64,000 nt of DNA, from NCBI GenBank assembly GCA_963828735.1, contig CAWHFW010000005.1:2692838-2756837 (forward strand), read 5' to 3'. This DNA comes from an uncultured Gemmatimonadales bacterium. Its GTDB lineage: Bacteria; Gemmatimonadota; Gemmatimonadetes; Gemmatimonadales; GWC2-71-9. Numbering within the stretch: position 1 is the first letter of the stretch; each line of letters opens with the position of its first letter. The position numbers and the translations under genes are program-made. The notes beneath the pieces were generated by a model, which saw nothing but the letters and a program-made list of their open reading frames with translations, was not told the DNA's origin and ran no database searches. Shown here one piece after another: positions 9,060-24,594 of the stretch.

Positions 9060-10595
9060 GTGGCCGATCCTACCGCTTACCACATCCCAGCTCCGAGTCA
9101 TCAGCCGCAGCCCGCCTCGATCGTCCGGGTGGCTGTCGCTGTTCTATGCGTCGGAACCGCCCGCTTCCCATTCCCCGGTCCCCTCGCGGCGCAAGGCGTA
9201 ACCGGCGCGGCCGTCGAGGGCAGGGTGCTCGGCGTGGACAGCACCCCGGTGGAGCAGGCGATCGTCCAGGTGCTGAACACGTCCACCGGCGAGCGGTCAC
9301 AGGCGACGACGGGCGCTCGTGGCCGCTACTTCATCGAGTATCTGTCGGTGGGCGGGCCGTACCGCATCGAGGTGGTCGCCATCGGGTACGAGCCGGCGGG
9401 GCGGGACTCCATCTTCCTCGCGCTTGGCCAGCGCCTGACCGCAAACTTTACCCTGACACCGGCCGTGGTGCAGCTGCAGGAGATCACCGTCAGGGGTACC
9501 ACGGATCTTCGCCTCGGCGCCGCCCGCACCGGTCCCGCCCAGATCATCACGGACAGCACCATTGTCCGGCTACCGGTGAACCACCGCGACTACACCGAGC
9601 TCGCCGTTCTCTCGCCCCAGGTCACCAAGAGCCCGAACGGCGGGCTGTCCTTCGCGGGGCAGCACGATCGGTACAACAGCATCCAGATCGACGGGACCAA
9701 CAACAACGACCCCTTCGGCCGCTCGTTCTCCGGGAACGGTACACCGGGTTGGGCCGTCGGGTTGACCGCGTTCACTCCCGAAGCGGTGAAGGAGCTTCAG
9801 GTCGTGAGCGCGCCGTTCGATGTTCGTTACGGCGGCTTCGCCGGCGGCCTGATCAACGCCGTGACCCGCTCGGGCACGAACCGGGTCGAGGGCTCGATCC
9901 TGGGCTATTTCGAGAACGCCGACCTGACCGGCACGGACTCGACCGGCAACCGGGCGAGCGAGTTCAGCCGGAAGGAGCTCGGCCTGACCCTGGGCGCGCC
10001 GATCGTGCGGGACCGCGTCGCGGTGTTCGTCAACGCCGCGCTACGCGAGGAGGTGATTCCCCAGTCGGTCCCTGTTCCGACCAGCGACACGACCGGCGGA
10101 GCGGACTCGGCCGGGGTGGGAATCCGCTACGAGAGCCTGGTGCGCTTCCAGGACCTCTTGCGGAACTACGGTGTCGAGCCGGGAACCTTTTCTGCCGGGG
10201 CGTACCATGCTCCCACCAGCAATCTCTTCGTCAAGGTGACGGCGCAACTCGGGACGAACAGTCGGCTGGCGGTATCCCACAACTACGGGCACGGCAACGT
10301 CCGGGACGAGTCCCTCGGCCGGTCCACCGACTCCTATCCGCTCTCCTCGAGTGGCGGTGAGAACCCCGAAACCATCAACGCCACACGGCTGGCCTGGACC
10401 ACGGCCTTCGCGGCACGGCTCTCCAACGAGCTCATTGTGGCCCGAGTTGACGACCGGCGAAACTGCTTTCCAACCTCGGACTTTCCGGCAGTGTCCGTGC
10501 GGGCTGACGGCGGGGAGCTTTCCGCGGGAGTTGCCGGCAGCTGCCTCGGGCTCGAGGCCGGGCATACCATCTGGGAGATGACCGACAACGACATG
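9060..10595 (+). CDS. TonB-dependent receptor (Oar-like, carboxypeptidase-regulatory-like N-domain), truncated at the junction
   Basis: GTG at 9060 after GAGGG; motifs GGPYRIEV, YNSIQIDG, PFDVRYGGFAGGLINAVTRSGTN, LGAPIVRDR. Only about half the usual length before the junction. Confidence 0.85.
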
Positions 10596-10631
10596 GCAAT
10601 CGTTTTTTGTTAAGCGTTTCAGCGTCTTGCT
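10596..10631. other. Chimeric junction resembling a degraded Nanopore ligation adapter
   Basis: GCAATCGT-TTTTTGTTAAGCGTTTCAGCGTCTTGCT resembles the adapter end GCAATACGT followed by the adapter start TTTT..TGTACTTCGTTCAGTTACGTATTGCT. Genes on both sides are truncated and gene content switches lineage. Confidence 0.75.
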
Positions 10632-10659
10632 CTGACGGAGCATGCGTCGCCAAAACTAG

Positions 10660-11013
10660 ATCTAGGACTACCAACGCTCGCCTGCTCGGTGTCGTACAGC
10701 GCACGGAAACGGAACGGGATCCAGACCGGATCGCGCCCCAGCTGAAGCTGTCCGGTTCCGTGCAGGTCACGCTGGACGATCCCCGCGGACGTGGCCTGCA
10801 CCCGCCCGAGGCGGACCTGGACCGCTCGCTCGCCGAACTGGCTCGAGATGGCGCCGATCAGCGCTGCCGCAGTCGCATCATCGATTGCCACGGCCGCCTG
10901 TCCGCGCGACTGCGGCGGCGGTGCGAGCGCCTTCCCGACGACGCTCGTCGCCGGCGTGCCGGCGATGGAACCGGCACCGAGCAAGAACGCGGACGCGAGA
11001 CGAGACGGAGCAT
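10660..11013 (-). CDS. Hypothetical exported protein downstream of lolA; 3'-truncated, probable indel near the start
   Basis: Reads [21 protein letters not shown]...[18 protein letters not shown]. Likely ATG at 11013 (MLRL...) is out of frame with the body. Confidence 0.55.
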
Positions 11014-11114
11014 CGTTTCCCGGAGGAACAGTCGTGGACGGATCGCTCCACCTTCCCGCTCCGGCCGTCGACGCGTCGTGATCCGACATGCGCGCCGCTG
11101 AACGCGTTCAGGCG

Positions 11115-11750
11115 TTATTCGGCTGGCGCCAACCCTCGCCGACGATGTCGACCCCCTTGGCCGGCACGAATCGGAACGTGCCCGCCGGAAAGGACGGATT
11201 GCGCTTCCAGCCACTGAAGTCGATGCGGGTCTTCTGCCCCAGTGCGTCGACGACCTGCATGGTCGCCAGGCCCTGCGCACCGAAGCCGAGCCGGGCGGAC
11301 TTGAATCCGTGTGTCGTCCGCCTTTCGCGGCGAGACGTCGAGCCATGCGAGCCCGTCCTTCGCTTCCGGCGTCTTGCAGGAGGTAGTCGCGCTCCAGCTT
11401 CGCGGGATCGACCAGCGCGGCGAGCGGGCTGTTCTGCTCTTCCGCACCCTGGGCGCACGGGTGACCTGCTGCAGGTCCGGGTCGTACACCCAGACGCGCT
11501 GGCCGTCGGCGACGATCAGCTGCTCGTACGGCTTGTTGTATTCCCAGCGGAACAGGTGCGGCGCGGACAGCGCGACGCGGCCGCTCGATGTTTCCTTCGG
11601 CTTGCCGTTGGCGTCGAACACCTGCTGCGTGAACTGGCCATCGAGGCCCTTGAGGCCCTTGGTGAACGTGGTCAGGTCGTCGCGTCCACCGGCGAAGGCG
11701 GTGGTCGCGACCAACGCAGAGGAAAGGCCGGCCAGGCGGATGGCGCGCAT
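11115..11750 (-). CDS. lolA: Outer-membrane lipoprotein carrier LolA (frameshifted)
   Basis: [36 protein letters not shown] and [14 protein letters not shown] spread across frames; lies downstream of ftsK. Confidence 0.92.
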   Translation of the reverse strand: MRAIRLAGLSSALVATTAFAGGRDDLTTFTKGLKGLDGQFTQQVFDANGKPKETSSGRVALSAPHLFRWEYNKPYEQLIVADGQRVWVYDPDLQQVTRAPRVRKSRTARSPRWSIPRSWSATTSCKTPEAKDGLAWLDVSPRKADDTRIQVRPARLRCAGPGDHAGRRRTGAEDPHRLQWLEAQSVLSGGHVPIRAGQGGRHRRRGLAPAE

Positions 11751-11834
11751 TGCTCGTCTCCTGTCGATCGTTGCGGCAAGTCTGGCGTCGCCAGCTGAAT
11801 GCGCATTCGACGGTCGTCGAACGCGAACTGAACT

Positions 11835-14198
<2,364 letters not shown>

Positions 14199-14280
14199 CG
14201 TGCGGTCAGACCTTAAGACATTCCCCTAATGGCTTGATAGTACAAGCCATCGGGGAGGGTCGCCAGCGTCCTGCGATGAC

Positions 14281-15348
14281 TCAGAGCTTCATGCCCTGCA
14301 AGGCGGGGTGGACGATCTTGCCGCCTTCGACATTGATGCCGCGCACCAGCGGCTGGCTGTCGCGCCAGTTGCCGGAAGCGAGCTTGGTGACCCACGGCAG
14401 GATCGCTGCGCAGATCGCCTGCGAGGAGGTCTGCGGCACGGCGCCCGGCATGTTCGTGACCGCAAAATGGGTGACGCCTTCCTCGATGTAGGTCGGCTCC
14501 TTCCAGGTGGTCGGACGCGAGGTCTCGAAGCAGCCGCCCTGGTCGATCGAGATGTCGACGACCACGCTGCCCGGCTCCATGCCGCGGATCATTTCGCGGC
14601 TGAGCACGTGCGGCGCGACCGCGCCGGTCACGAGGACGGCGCCGACGACGAGGTCGGCCGAGGCGACTTCGCGCGCGACGACTTCCTCGTACGGATACAG
14701 CGCGGTCACGTTGTTGCCGAGGCGCATCATCTCGTCCATGCGGTCCTGGCGCTTCTCGAACACGACGACGTTCGAGCCGCCGGCCGCGGCCAGCGCCGCG
14801 GAGTTGCCGCCGGCCTGGCCCGCGCCGAAGACGACGACCTTGCCGCGTTCGGTCGACGGCAGGCCACCCAGCAGCTTGCCCTTCCCGCCCATCGGCTGGT
14901 GCAGCAGGTGCGTGCCGACCTGGACCGCGATCTTGCCGGCGATGATCGACATCGGCGCGAGCAGCGGCAGGTCGCCGTTGGGCAGTTCGACCGTCTCGAA
15001 CGCGACGCCGGTCAGGCCGATGTCGAGCAGGCGCTTGGTGAGCCCGGGCAGCGGCGCCAGGTGCAGGTAGCAGAACAGCAGGTGGTCCTTGCGCAGCAGC
15101 GCGAGGTCGCCTTCGATCGGCTCCTTGACCTTGACGATCAGTTCGCCCTTCTCGTACAGCGCGGCGGCATCGGGCGCGATCTGCACGCCGAGCTTTGTGT
15201 ATTCGGCGTCCTTGAAACCGGACTTGATGCCCGCGTCCTTCTCGATCCAGACCTCGTGGCCGCGACGGACCAGGTCGCCGGCAGCGGCCGGTACGAGCGC
15301 GACGCGCCCTTCGAGGGTCTTGGTTTCCTTGGGAACGCCGATACGCAT
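14281..15348 (-). CDS. ald: Alanine dehydrogenase
   Basis: MRIGVPKE, VKVKEP, YLHLA, DISIDQGGCFETS, NMPGAVP. Confidence 0.93.
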   Translation of the reverse strand: MRIGVPKETKTLEGRVALVPAAAGDLVRRGHEVWIEKDAGIKSGFKDAEYTKLGVQIAPDAAALYEKGELIVKVKEPIEGDLALLRKDHLLFCYLHLAPLPGLTKRLLDIGLTGVAFETVELPNGDLPLLAPMSIIAGKIAVQVGTHLLHQPMGGKGKLLGGLPSTERGKVVVFGAGQAGGNSAALAAAGGSNVVVFEKRQDRMDEMMRLGNNVTALYPYEEVVAREVASADLVVGAVLVTGAVAPHVLSREMIRGMEPGSVVVDISIDQGGCFETSRPTTWKEPTYIEEGVTHFAVTNMPGAVPQTSSQAICAAILPWVTKLASGNWRDSQPLVRGINVEGGKIVHPALQGMKL

Positions 15349-15563
15349 TGCCGGATCTCCGTTGCGCCCACATGCGAGCCGCGAGCGGCTCATCGGGCAG
15401 TTTGGGTTTCGCGATGCGGGACGAACGCTTCGTCCCGCGTTCCGCGCCTTGTGTTGCGGGGGCGGCGCCTCCAAGCTATGCCGCTCGCGGTCGCCGGGTG
15501 CGCTTGATGCCCGCTTCAAGTCGCCTGTTTCGCCCGGCAAACGCCGCATCACACAGCCCCTAA

Positions 15564-16523
<960 letters not shown>

Positions 16524-16533
16524 TCGCCGGCCG

Positions 16534-17681
16534 ATGAGCGTCGCGCGCATCGTCGGCAGCCTGTCGGAGATTCCCGCGACCGAGTGGGACGCGCTGCACG
16601 ACGGTCGCAATCCGTTCGTCGCGCATGCGTTCCTGTCCGGCCTGGAGACGCACGGCGCCCTGCTCGAACGCAACGGCTGGACAGCGCGCCACCTGCGTCG
16701 CTCCGTGACGACCGCGGCGCGCTGGTCGCCGCGGCGCCCGGCTACATCAAGCGCAATTCACACGGCGAATTCGTCTTCGACCACGCCTGGGCGCACGCCT
16801 ATGCGCGCTACGGCGAGGCGTATTTCCCCAAGTGGCTGTGCGCGGTGCCGTACACGCCGGTGACCGGACCGCGCCTGTTGGCGCGCGACGCCGATGCACG
16901 CGCGCGAGCTGGTCCAGGCGATTGAAACGATGACCGCGGGCGCTGGACTTTCGTCGGCGCACGTCAATTTCATCGAGCCGACCGACGACGATGCGTTCGG
17001 GGCCAGCTGGCTCTCGCGCGTCGACGTGCAGTACCACTGGCGCAACTTCGGCGGCTGGGGCGACTTCGACGCGTTCCTCGCCGCGATGGACCACAAGCAC
17101 CGCAAGAACATCCGCCAGGAGCGGGCGAAACTGGCTCGCGCGGGGGTCGAATTCCGGATCGTCCACGGCGACGAGGCCAGCGACTCCGACCTCGCCGCGA
17201 TGCATGGTTTCTACCTCCAGACCTTCTCCGAATACGGCAACACGCCGACGCTGACCCTGGCGTTCTTCCGGCATCTCGCGCGGGCGATGCCGCGACAACT
17301 GGTGCTGTTCCTGGCCGAGCGTTCGAGGCGAGCCCGATCGCCGGCGCACTGTGCCTGCGCGGCACCGACACGCTGTACGGACGCTATTGGGGAACGGCCG
17401 GCGACACCGGGCACGAACGCATTCCCGGGCTGCATTTCGAGGCCTGCTACTACCAGGGCATCGACTATTGCCTGCGCGAAGGCTTGACCGTCTTCGAACC
17501 GGGCGCGCAGGGCGAACACAAACTGGCACGCGGCTTCCTGCCGACTTTGGTCCGCAGTCGGCATTGGATCGCCGATCCCGCATTTGCCGAGGCTCTCGGG
17601 GCCTGGTGCAGGGAAGAAACCGCCTCGGTACTGCGCTACAAGGCGTTGCTCGACAGCCACTCGCCGTTCCGGCGCAGCTGA
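16534..17681 (+). CDS. GNAT/FemAB-like (DUF482) protein (frameshifted)
   Basis: SHGEFVFDHAWA, AVPYTPVTGPRLL, LHFEACYYQGI and FEPGAQGEHKLARGF across frames. Confidence 0.85.
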
Positions 17682-17732
17682 GCCGCAGATGTCTCGTTCG
17701 GCGATCGACACGTGCCAGCTCAAGATATCCAC

Positions 17733-18467
17733 ATGACGCTGCGCGTGCATTGGCTGGACCCTGCTCCGGACGCTCCCTTCCCGCCGGCCACGGCGGCGTT
17801 GCACGATCCGGACGGCTTGCTCGCGGCAGGCGGCGATCTGACCCCGCAGCGGCTGCTCAACGCCTACCGGCACGGCATTTTTCCGTGGTTCTCGGAAGGC
17901 CAGCCGATCCTGTGGTGGTGTCCGGATCCGCGGATGGTGTTCCGCACCGACGCGGTCAGGTTGTCGCAACGTTTCCGCCGCACGCTGCGCCGGGCACGGT
18001 GGGTCGTTCGTGCCGACACGGCGTTCGACGATGTCGTCGCCGCCTGCGCGACGGTCCCGCGCCCGGGCCAGGCCGGAACATGGATTACGAGCGGAATGCG
18101 CGAAGCCTATTCGGCGCTTCACGGGTTGGGCCATGCGCATTCGGTCGAGGTGTTCGACGGGGACACGCTGGTCGGGGGCATCTACGGGGTGGCGATCGGC
18201 CGCATGTTCTTTGGCGAGAGCATGTTCAGCGCGCGCCCGGGCGGATCGAAGGTGGCCCTGGCGGCGTTGGCCAGCCGATTGCGCGAATGGCAGTGGCCGC
18301 TGATCGATGCGCAGGTCGAGAGCCCGCACCTGCTGCGGTTGGGCGCACAGCCATGCCCGCGCGGGGAATTCCTTCGCAGCGTCCAGGCACTGACGGCCTT
18401 GCATGAACCGCCGGCGGCATGGACCGAACGCTTCGGCGAGCTGGCGGCCGCGTCGCTTGCCGACTGA
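17733..18467 (+). CDS. aat: Leucyl/phenylalanyl-tRNA-protein transferase
   Basis: GLLAAGGDL, GIFPW, WWCPDPR, AHSVEV, FFGESMFS. Confidence 0.95.
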   Translation: MTLRVHWLDPAPDAPFPPATAALHDPDGLLAAGGDLTPQRLLNAYRHGIFPWFSEGQPILWWCPDPRMVFRTDAVRLSQRFRRTLRRARWVVRADTAFDDVVAACATVPRPGQAGTWITSGMREAYSALHGLGHAHSVEVFDGDTLVGGIYGVAIGRMFFGESMFSARPGGSKVALAALASRLREWQWPLIDAQVESPHLLRLGAQPCPRGEFLRSVQALTALHEPPAAWTERFGELAAASLAD

Positions 18468-18596
18468 CGGTCTTTTGCGCGGCACCCCGCCCGCGTGCCA
18501 GAATGCCCGACTTTCCCGGCGGCTCCGCCGGACCCGCGGCGTGCCTGGCTCATGGTGAGCTTGTCGAACCACGCGCTGCGCAACACCAGGAAACAC

Positions 18597-18815
18597 ATGG
18601 CGAAAGACGACGTCATCGAATTCGAAGGCACGGTCTCCGAAACCCTCCCGAACACCATGTTCCGGGTGAAGCTGGAGAACGGCCACGAAATCATTGCCCA
18701 CATTTCGGGCCGGATGCGCAAGAACTACATCCGCATCCTCACCGGCGACAAGGTCAAGGTCGAAATGACGCCTTACGACCTCACGAAGGGCCGGATCACC
18801 TACCGCATGAAGTAA
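18597..18815 (+). CDS. infA: Translation initiation factor IF-1
   Basis: [11 protein letters not shown]...[18 protein letters not shown]...KGRITYRMK. Confidence 0.98.
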   Translation: MAKDDVIEFEGTVSETLPNTMFRVKLENGHEIIAHISGRMRKNYIRILTGDKVKVEMTPYDLTKGRITYRMK

Positions 18816-18856
18816 CCGCGGCCGAGCCGCACGGGCTATCCAGACGCAGATGCATC

Positions 18857-18881
18857 AAGGCGACCGATGGTCGCCTTTTTT
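18857..18881 (+). terminator. Intrinsic terminator after infA
   Basis: AAGGCGACC-GAT-GGTCGCCTT followed by a T run. Confidence 0.8.
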
Positions 18882-19020
18882 GCGCCTGCCCTGTCACAGG
18901 TCACCGCGACTGGAGGCCGACGGTCTTAGGTCACTGCCACTTCAGGCAGATTCCGAATAACGCGCACGGCCCTACGTTGGATCCCGGTTCGACCCGAGCC
19001 GTCCATCAAGGGGTACCGCC

Positions 19021-19386
19021 ATGCAAGTCCTCCGCATCACTTCCCTCGCGCTGCTCATGGCAACCGGCGCCGCCCAGGCGGAGGCGCCGGCCACGCAGTC
19101 GACGCCCCTCGCCGATTGCGTGGACCTGGCTCCGGATCATCAGGCGTTCGGCTTCGGCACGCAGTACCTGCTGGTGCAGGATGGCGACGCGCACTACCGC
19201 GTGTCGTTCTACGGCAACTGCGATGCCGTGGGGATGCCGCAGGTCGAGATCAGCACGTCCGGCACGACCAACCGGCTGTGCCCGCAGGCGACGCGCGTCA
19301 CCGCGAGCACGCGCACCTGCTCGGTCCGCAGCGTGGAACAGATCGACGCCGACCGCTATGCGCGCTATCGCCGCCTGAGCCGCTGA
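19021..19386 (+). CDS. Small secreted four-Cys hypothetical protein
   Basis: Signal peptide ending AQA-E; 4 Cys; GC3-biased codons. Confidence 0.7.
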   Translation: MQVLRITSLALLMATGAAQAEAPATQSTPLADCVDLAPDHQAFGFGTQYLLVQDGDAHYRVSFYGNCDAVGMPQVEISTSGTTNRLCPQATRVTASTRTCSVRSVEQIDADRYARYRRLSR

Positions 19387-19402
19387 GGGCCGCCGTTGCC
19401 GG

Positions 19403-21677
19403 TCACACCGTGACCGGCAGCAGCTTCTCCGGTTCTTCCTGGGCCTCGACCGACAAGTCGCCGTCCTTGACGTCGATGCTCACGCGCCCGCCGCGGGCGA
19501 GCTTGCCGAACAGCAATTCGTCCGCCAGCGGCCGCTTGACCTTGTCCTGGATGACGCGCGCCATCGGTCGCGCGCCCATCAGCGGATCGAACCCGTGCTG
19601 GGCGAGCCATTCGCGCGCCGTGGGGGTCGCCGACAGCGTGACGTTCTTCTCGTGCAACTGCGCCTCGAGTTCGATCAGGAACTTGTCGACGACGCGCAGG
19701 ATGTGATCCATGCCCAAGCGGCTGGAACTGCACGACCGCATCGAGGCGGTTACGGAATTCCGGGCTGAAACTCTTGCGGATGACTTCCATCGCATCGGTG
19801 CTGTGATCCTGCTTGGTGAAGCCGATCGTGCGACGGGCCGCCTGCGCGGCGCCAGCGTTCGTCGTCATCACCAGGATCACGTTCTTGAAGTTGGCCTCGC
19901 GCCCGTTGGTGTCGGTCAGCACGCCGCGATCCATGACCTGCAACAGGATGTTGAAGATGTCCGGATGCGCTTTTTCGACCTCGTCGAGCAGCAGCACGCA
20001 ATGCGGCGTCTTGACGATCTTCTCGGTCAGCAGGCCGCCCTGGTCGAAGCCCACGTAGCCCGGGGGCGCACCGATCAGGCGCGACACCGAGTGCGGTTCC
20101 ATGTACTCGGACATGTCGAAGCGCACCAGCTCGATGCCGAGCTGCAACGCGAGCTGCTTGGTCACCTCGGTCTTGCCGACGCCGGTGGGACCGGCGAACA
20201 GGAAGTTGCCGATCGGCTTTTCCGGATTGCCGAGGCCCGAGCGCGCGAGCTTGATCGCCGACGTCAGCGTCCCGATCGCCGGATCCTGCCCGAAGATGAC
20301 CATCTTCAGGTTGCGCTCCAGGTGCTTCAGCACGTCCTTGTCGGACGCGCTGACCTGCTTGGCGGGGATGCGCGCCATCTTGGCGACGATCGTCTCGACT
20401 TCCTCGACGTCGATGGTCGTCTTGCGCTGGTCCAGCGGCAGCAGGCGCTGGCGGGCGCCGGCTTCGTCGATCACGTCGATCGCCTTGTCCGGCAGCAGCC
20501 GGTCGCCGATGTGTTTCACCGACAGGTCGACGGCAGCCTGCAGGGCCTCGTCGGCGTAGCTGACGCCGTGGTGCGCTTCGTACTTGGGCTTCAGGCCGTG
20601 GAGGATTTCGACCGTCTCGCCGACGGTGGGCTCGACGATGTCGATCTTCTGGAAGCGGCGCGCAAGCGCGCGATCCTTTTCGAAGATGCCGCGATATTCC
20701 TGGAACGTGGTCGAACCGATGCAGCGCAGGTCGCCCGATGCCAGCGCCGGCTTGATCAGGTTGGACGCATCCATCGTGCCGCCGCTGGCCGAGCCGGCGC
20801 CGATGATGGTGTGGATCTCGTCGATGAACAGCACCGCGCCCGGGATCTTCTTCATCGCGGCGAGCACGGCCTTCAGGCGCTTCTCGAAATCGCCGCGGTA
20901 CTTGGTGCCGGCGACCAGCGCGCCGAGGTCCAGCGCGTAGATCACCGCATCGGCGAGCACGTCGGGAACGTCGCCATCGACGATGCGCTTGGCCAGGCCT
21001 TCGGCCAGCGCGGTCTTGCCCACGCCGGCTTCGCCGACATACAGCGGATTGTTCTTGCGGCGACGGCACAGCACCTGGATGGTGCGTTCGACTTCGTCGG
21101 CGCGACCGACCAGCGGATCGATCTTGCCGGCCATGGCGAGTTCGTTGAGGTTGTTTGCGTATTCGGCCAGGGCGTCGCCCTTGCCCTCGCCTTCGCCCGC
21201 CTCGGCGCGCGAACCCTCCTCGTGGCCCTGGGATTCGTCGCCGCCCTGCTTGGCGATGCCGTGCGAGAGGTAGTTGACGACGTCCAGGCGCGTCACGTCC
21301 TGCTGGTTCAGGTAGTACACCGCGTGCGAGTCCTTCTCGCCGAAGATCGCCACCAGCACGTTCGCGCCGGTGACTTCCTTCTTGCCGGAGGACTGCACGT
21401 GGTAGACCGCCCGTTGCAGCACGCGCTGGAATCCGAGGGTCGGCTGGGTGTCGCGGCCGTCGTCCTGATCGAGCTTGACGACCGACTTGTCGATCGCCTG
21501 CTCAAGTTCGGCGCGCAACCGCGGGAAATCCGTGCCGCTGGCCTTGAGGACCATTTCGGCCGACGGGTTGTCGAGCAGGGCGAGCAACAGGTGCTCGACG
21601 GTCATGTACTCGTGGCGCGCCTCGCGGGCGCGCTTGTAGCACTGGCCGATGCTGTATTCGAGGTCTTTGCTGAACAT
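19403..21677 (-). CDS. clpA: ATP-dependent Clp protease ATP-binding subunit ClpA (frameshift near 19710)
   Basis: MFSKDLE, GEAGVGKT, GPTGVGKT, RFDMSEYME, GARPMARVI. Confidence 0.96.
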
Positions 21678-21712
21678 GGGGCTGCTGCCCTCCGGAGAAA
21701 CCACTGCCGACG

Positions 21713-21741
21713 ATGTGGGGCGGCTGCATGCCGCTCTCAAG
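21713..21741 (-). promoter_or_regulatory. Putative sigma-32 promoter of clpA
   Basis: Minus strand CTTGAG...CCCCACAT resembles the RpoH consensus CTTGAA...CCCCAT. Confidence 0.55.
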
Positions 21742-21785
21742 CCCGCTGCCCACGTGCCCTGACCGACAGGGCCCCTGTCGCACGT

Positions 21786-22106
21786 TTACGCCTTCTCCAT
21801 CGTGCACAACAGCGGGTGCTGGTTGAGCCGTGAATATTCGTTCACCTGCGCCACTTTCGACTCTGCCACTTCGCGCGTGTAGACGCCGCACACACCCCGG
21901 CCGCGGGTATGGACGTGGAGCATGATCTGGGTGGCCTTTTCGATGTTCATCGCGAAGAAACGCACCAGCACCTCCACCACGAATTCCATCGGGGTGTAGT
22001 CGTCGTTCAGCAGCAGGACCGAATATAGCGGCGGCCGCGCCACCTCCGGCTTGGAGGTTTCGACCATGACGCCGTGGTCGCGTTCGTTTCCGGGTTGATG
22101 TGCCAT
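21786..22106 (-). CDS. clpS: ClpS adaptor
   Basis: [32 protein letters not shown]. Confidence 0.97.
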   Translation of the reverse strand: MAHQPGNERDHGVMVETSKPEVARPPLYSVLLLNDDYTPMEFVVEVLVRFFAMNIEKATQIMLHVHTRGRGVCGVYTREVAESKVAQVNEYSRLNQHPLLCTMEKA

Positions 22107-22173
22107 GGCGCCGATTATAGAAGCCGCGCCCCAACGCGGCATGGACGCACCGGCGGCCAGCAAAGGACAATGA

Positions 22174-23775
<1,602 letters not shown>

Positions 23776-23779
<4 letters not shown>

Positions 23780-24407
23780 GTACGCCAGTTTCCGAAAGGC
23801 CCGATCTTCCGCGCGACGAGCGCATGCTCGCCCTCGCCGGCCTGATGCAGGCGCTGCAACAGGTGCGTCGCATCGCCGATACGGGACAGGCCGACGGGGC
23901 GATCCTCGATGCAGCCGTGTCCAGCGTCTTCCGCATCGACGCGGACACCACGTCCGGCGTTTATGGCGGCATTGCCGCGCTGCGCCCCGGACTGCTGCTG
24001 TTGCGCGGTTACTTCCGCAATGAAGGCCGCGACGAGCTGCTGCCGCGCCTGGCACTCGCCGTCCTGCAACTCGAGCGGCGTTTCAGCCGCGATGCCGCGG
24101 CACGCAGGTACGCGACGGCATCCTTGCGGTTGCGCCGTCGGCCGAACGCCTCGGCCCGACGCATCCCGACGTGCTGGCTGCGCTCGGCAGCCTGTATGCG
24201 CAGACCGTCAGTCAGCTGCGCCCGCGTGTGCTCGTGCAGGGCAATCCGCATTATCTCGGCCAGGCCAATGTCGTCGCCGAAATCCGGGCGGTCCTGCTCG
24301 CCGCGTTGCGCTCGGCGGTATTGTGGCGACAGCTGGGCGGCAGCCTGTGGGATTTCCTCCTGCGACGCCGGCAAATGGTCGCCAGCATCGACGCACTGCT
24401 GGGTTAG
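23776..24407 (+). CDS. hflD: High-frequency lysogenization protein HflD (frameshifted)
   Basis: [39 protein letters not shown]. Confidence 0.92.
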
Positions 24408-24594
24408 CGCTCACATCCAGGCGTCCGCATGCATGCCTGACCTGCGTTTGCCCTAAAGCGCAACAACGCGCGCAGGACGTCCGTGGCATCGGCTAGCCCA
24501 GCCTGCCGCGATGCAAATCCCTGGCTGGCGCGTGTAGCCCGGGGCTGCTCCCCACGACGGGGACGACACGATTCGTGCACGGTGGGAGGTTCGA

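Noticed and set aside
1..10595. Horizontally acquired kinase island in a xanthomonad
   Set aside because: No integrase or att site is visible, both boundary genes are cut, and the junction resembles a sequencing adapter.
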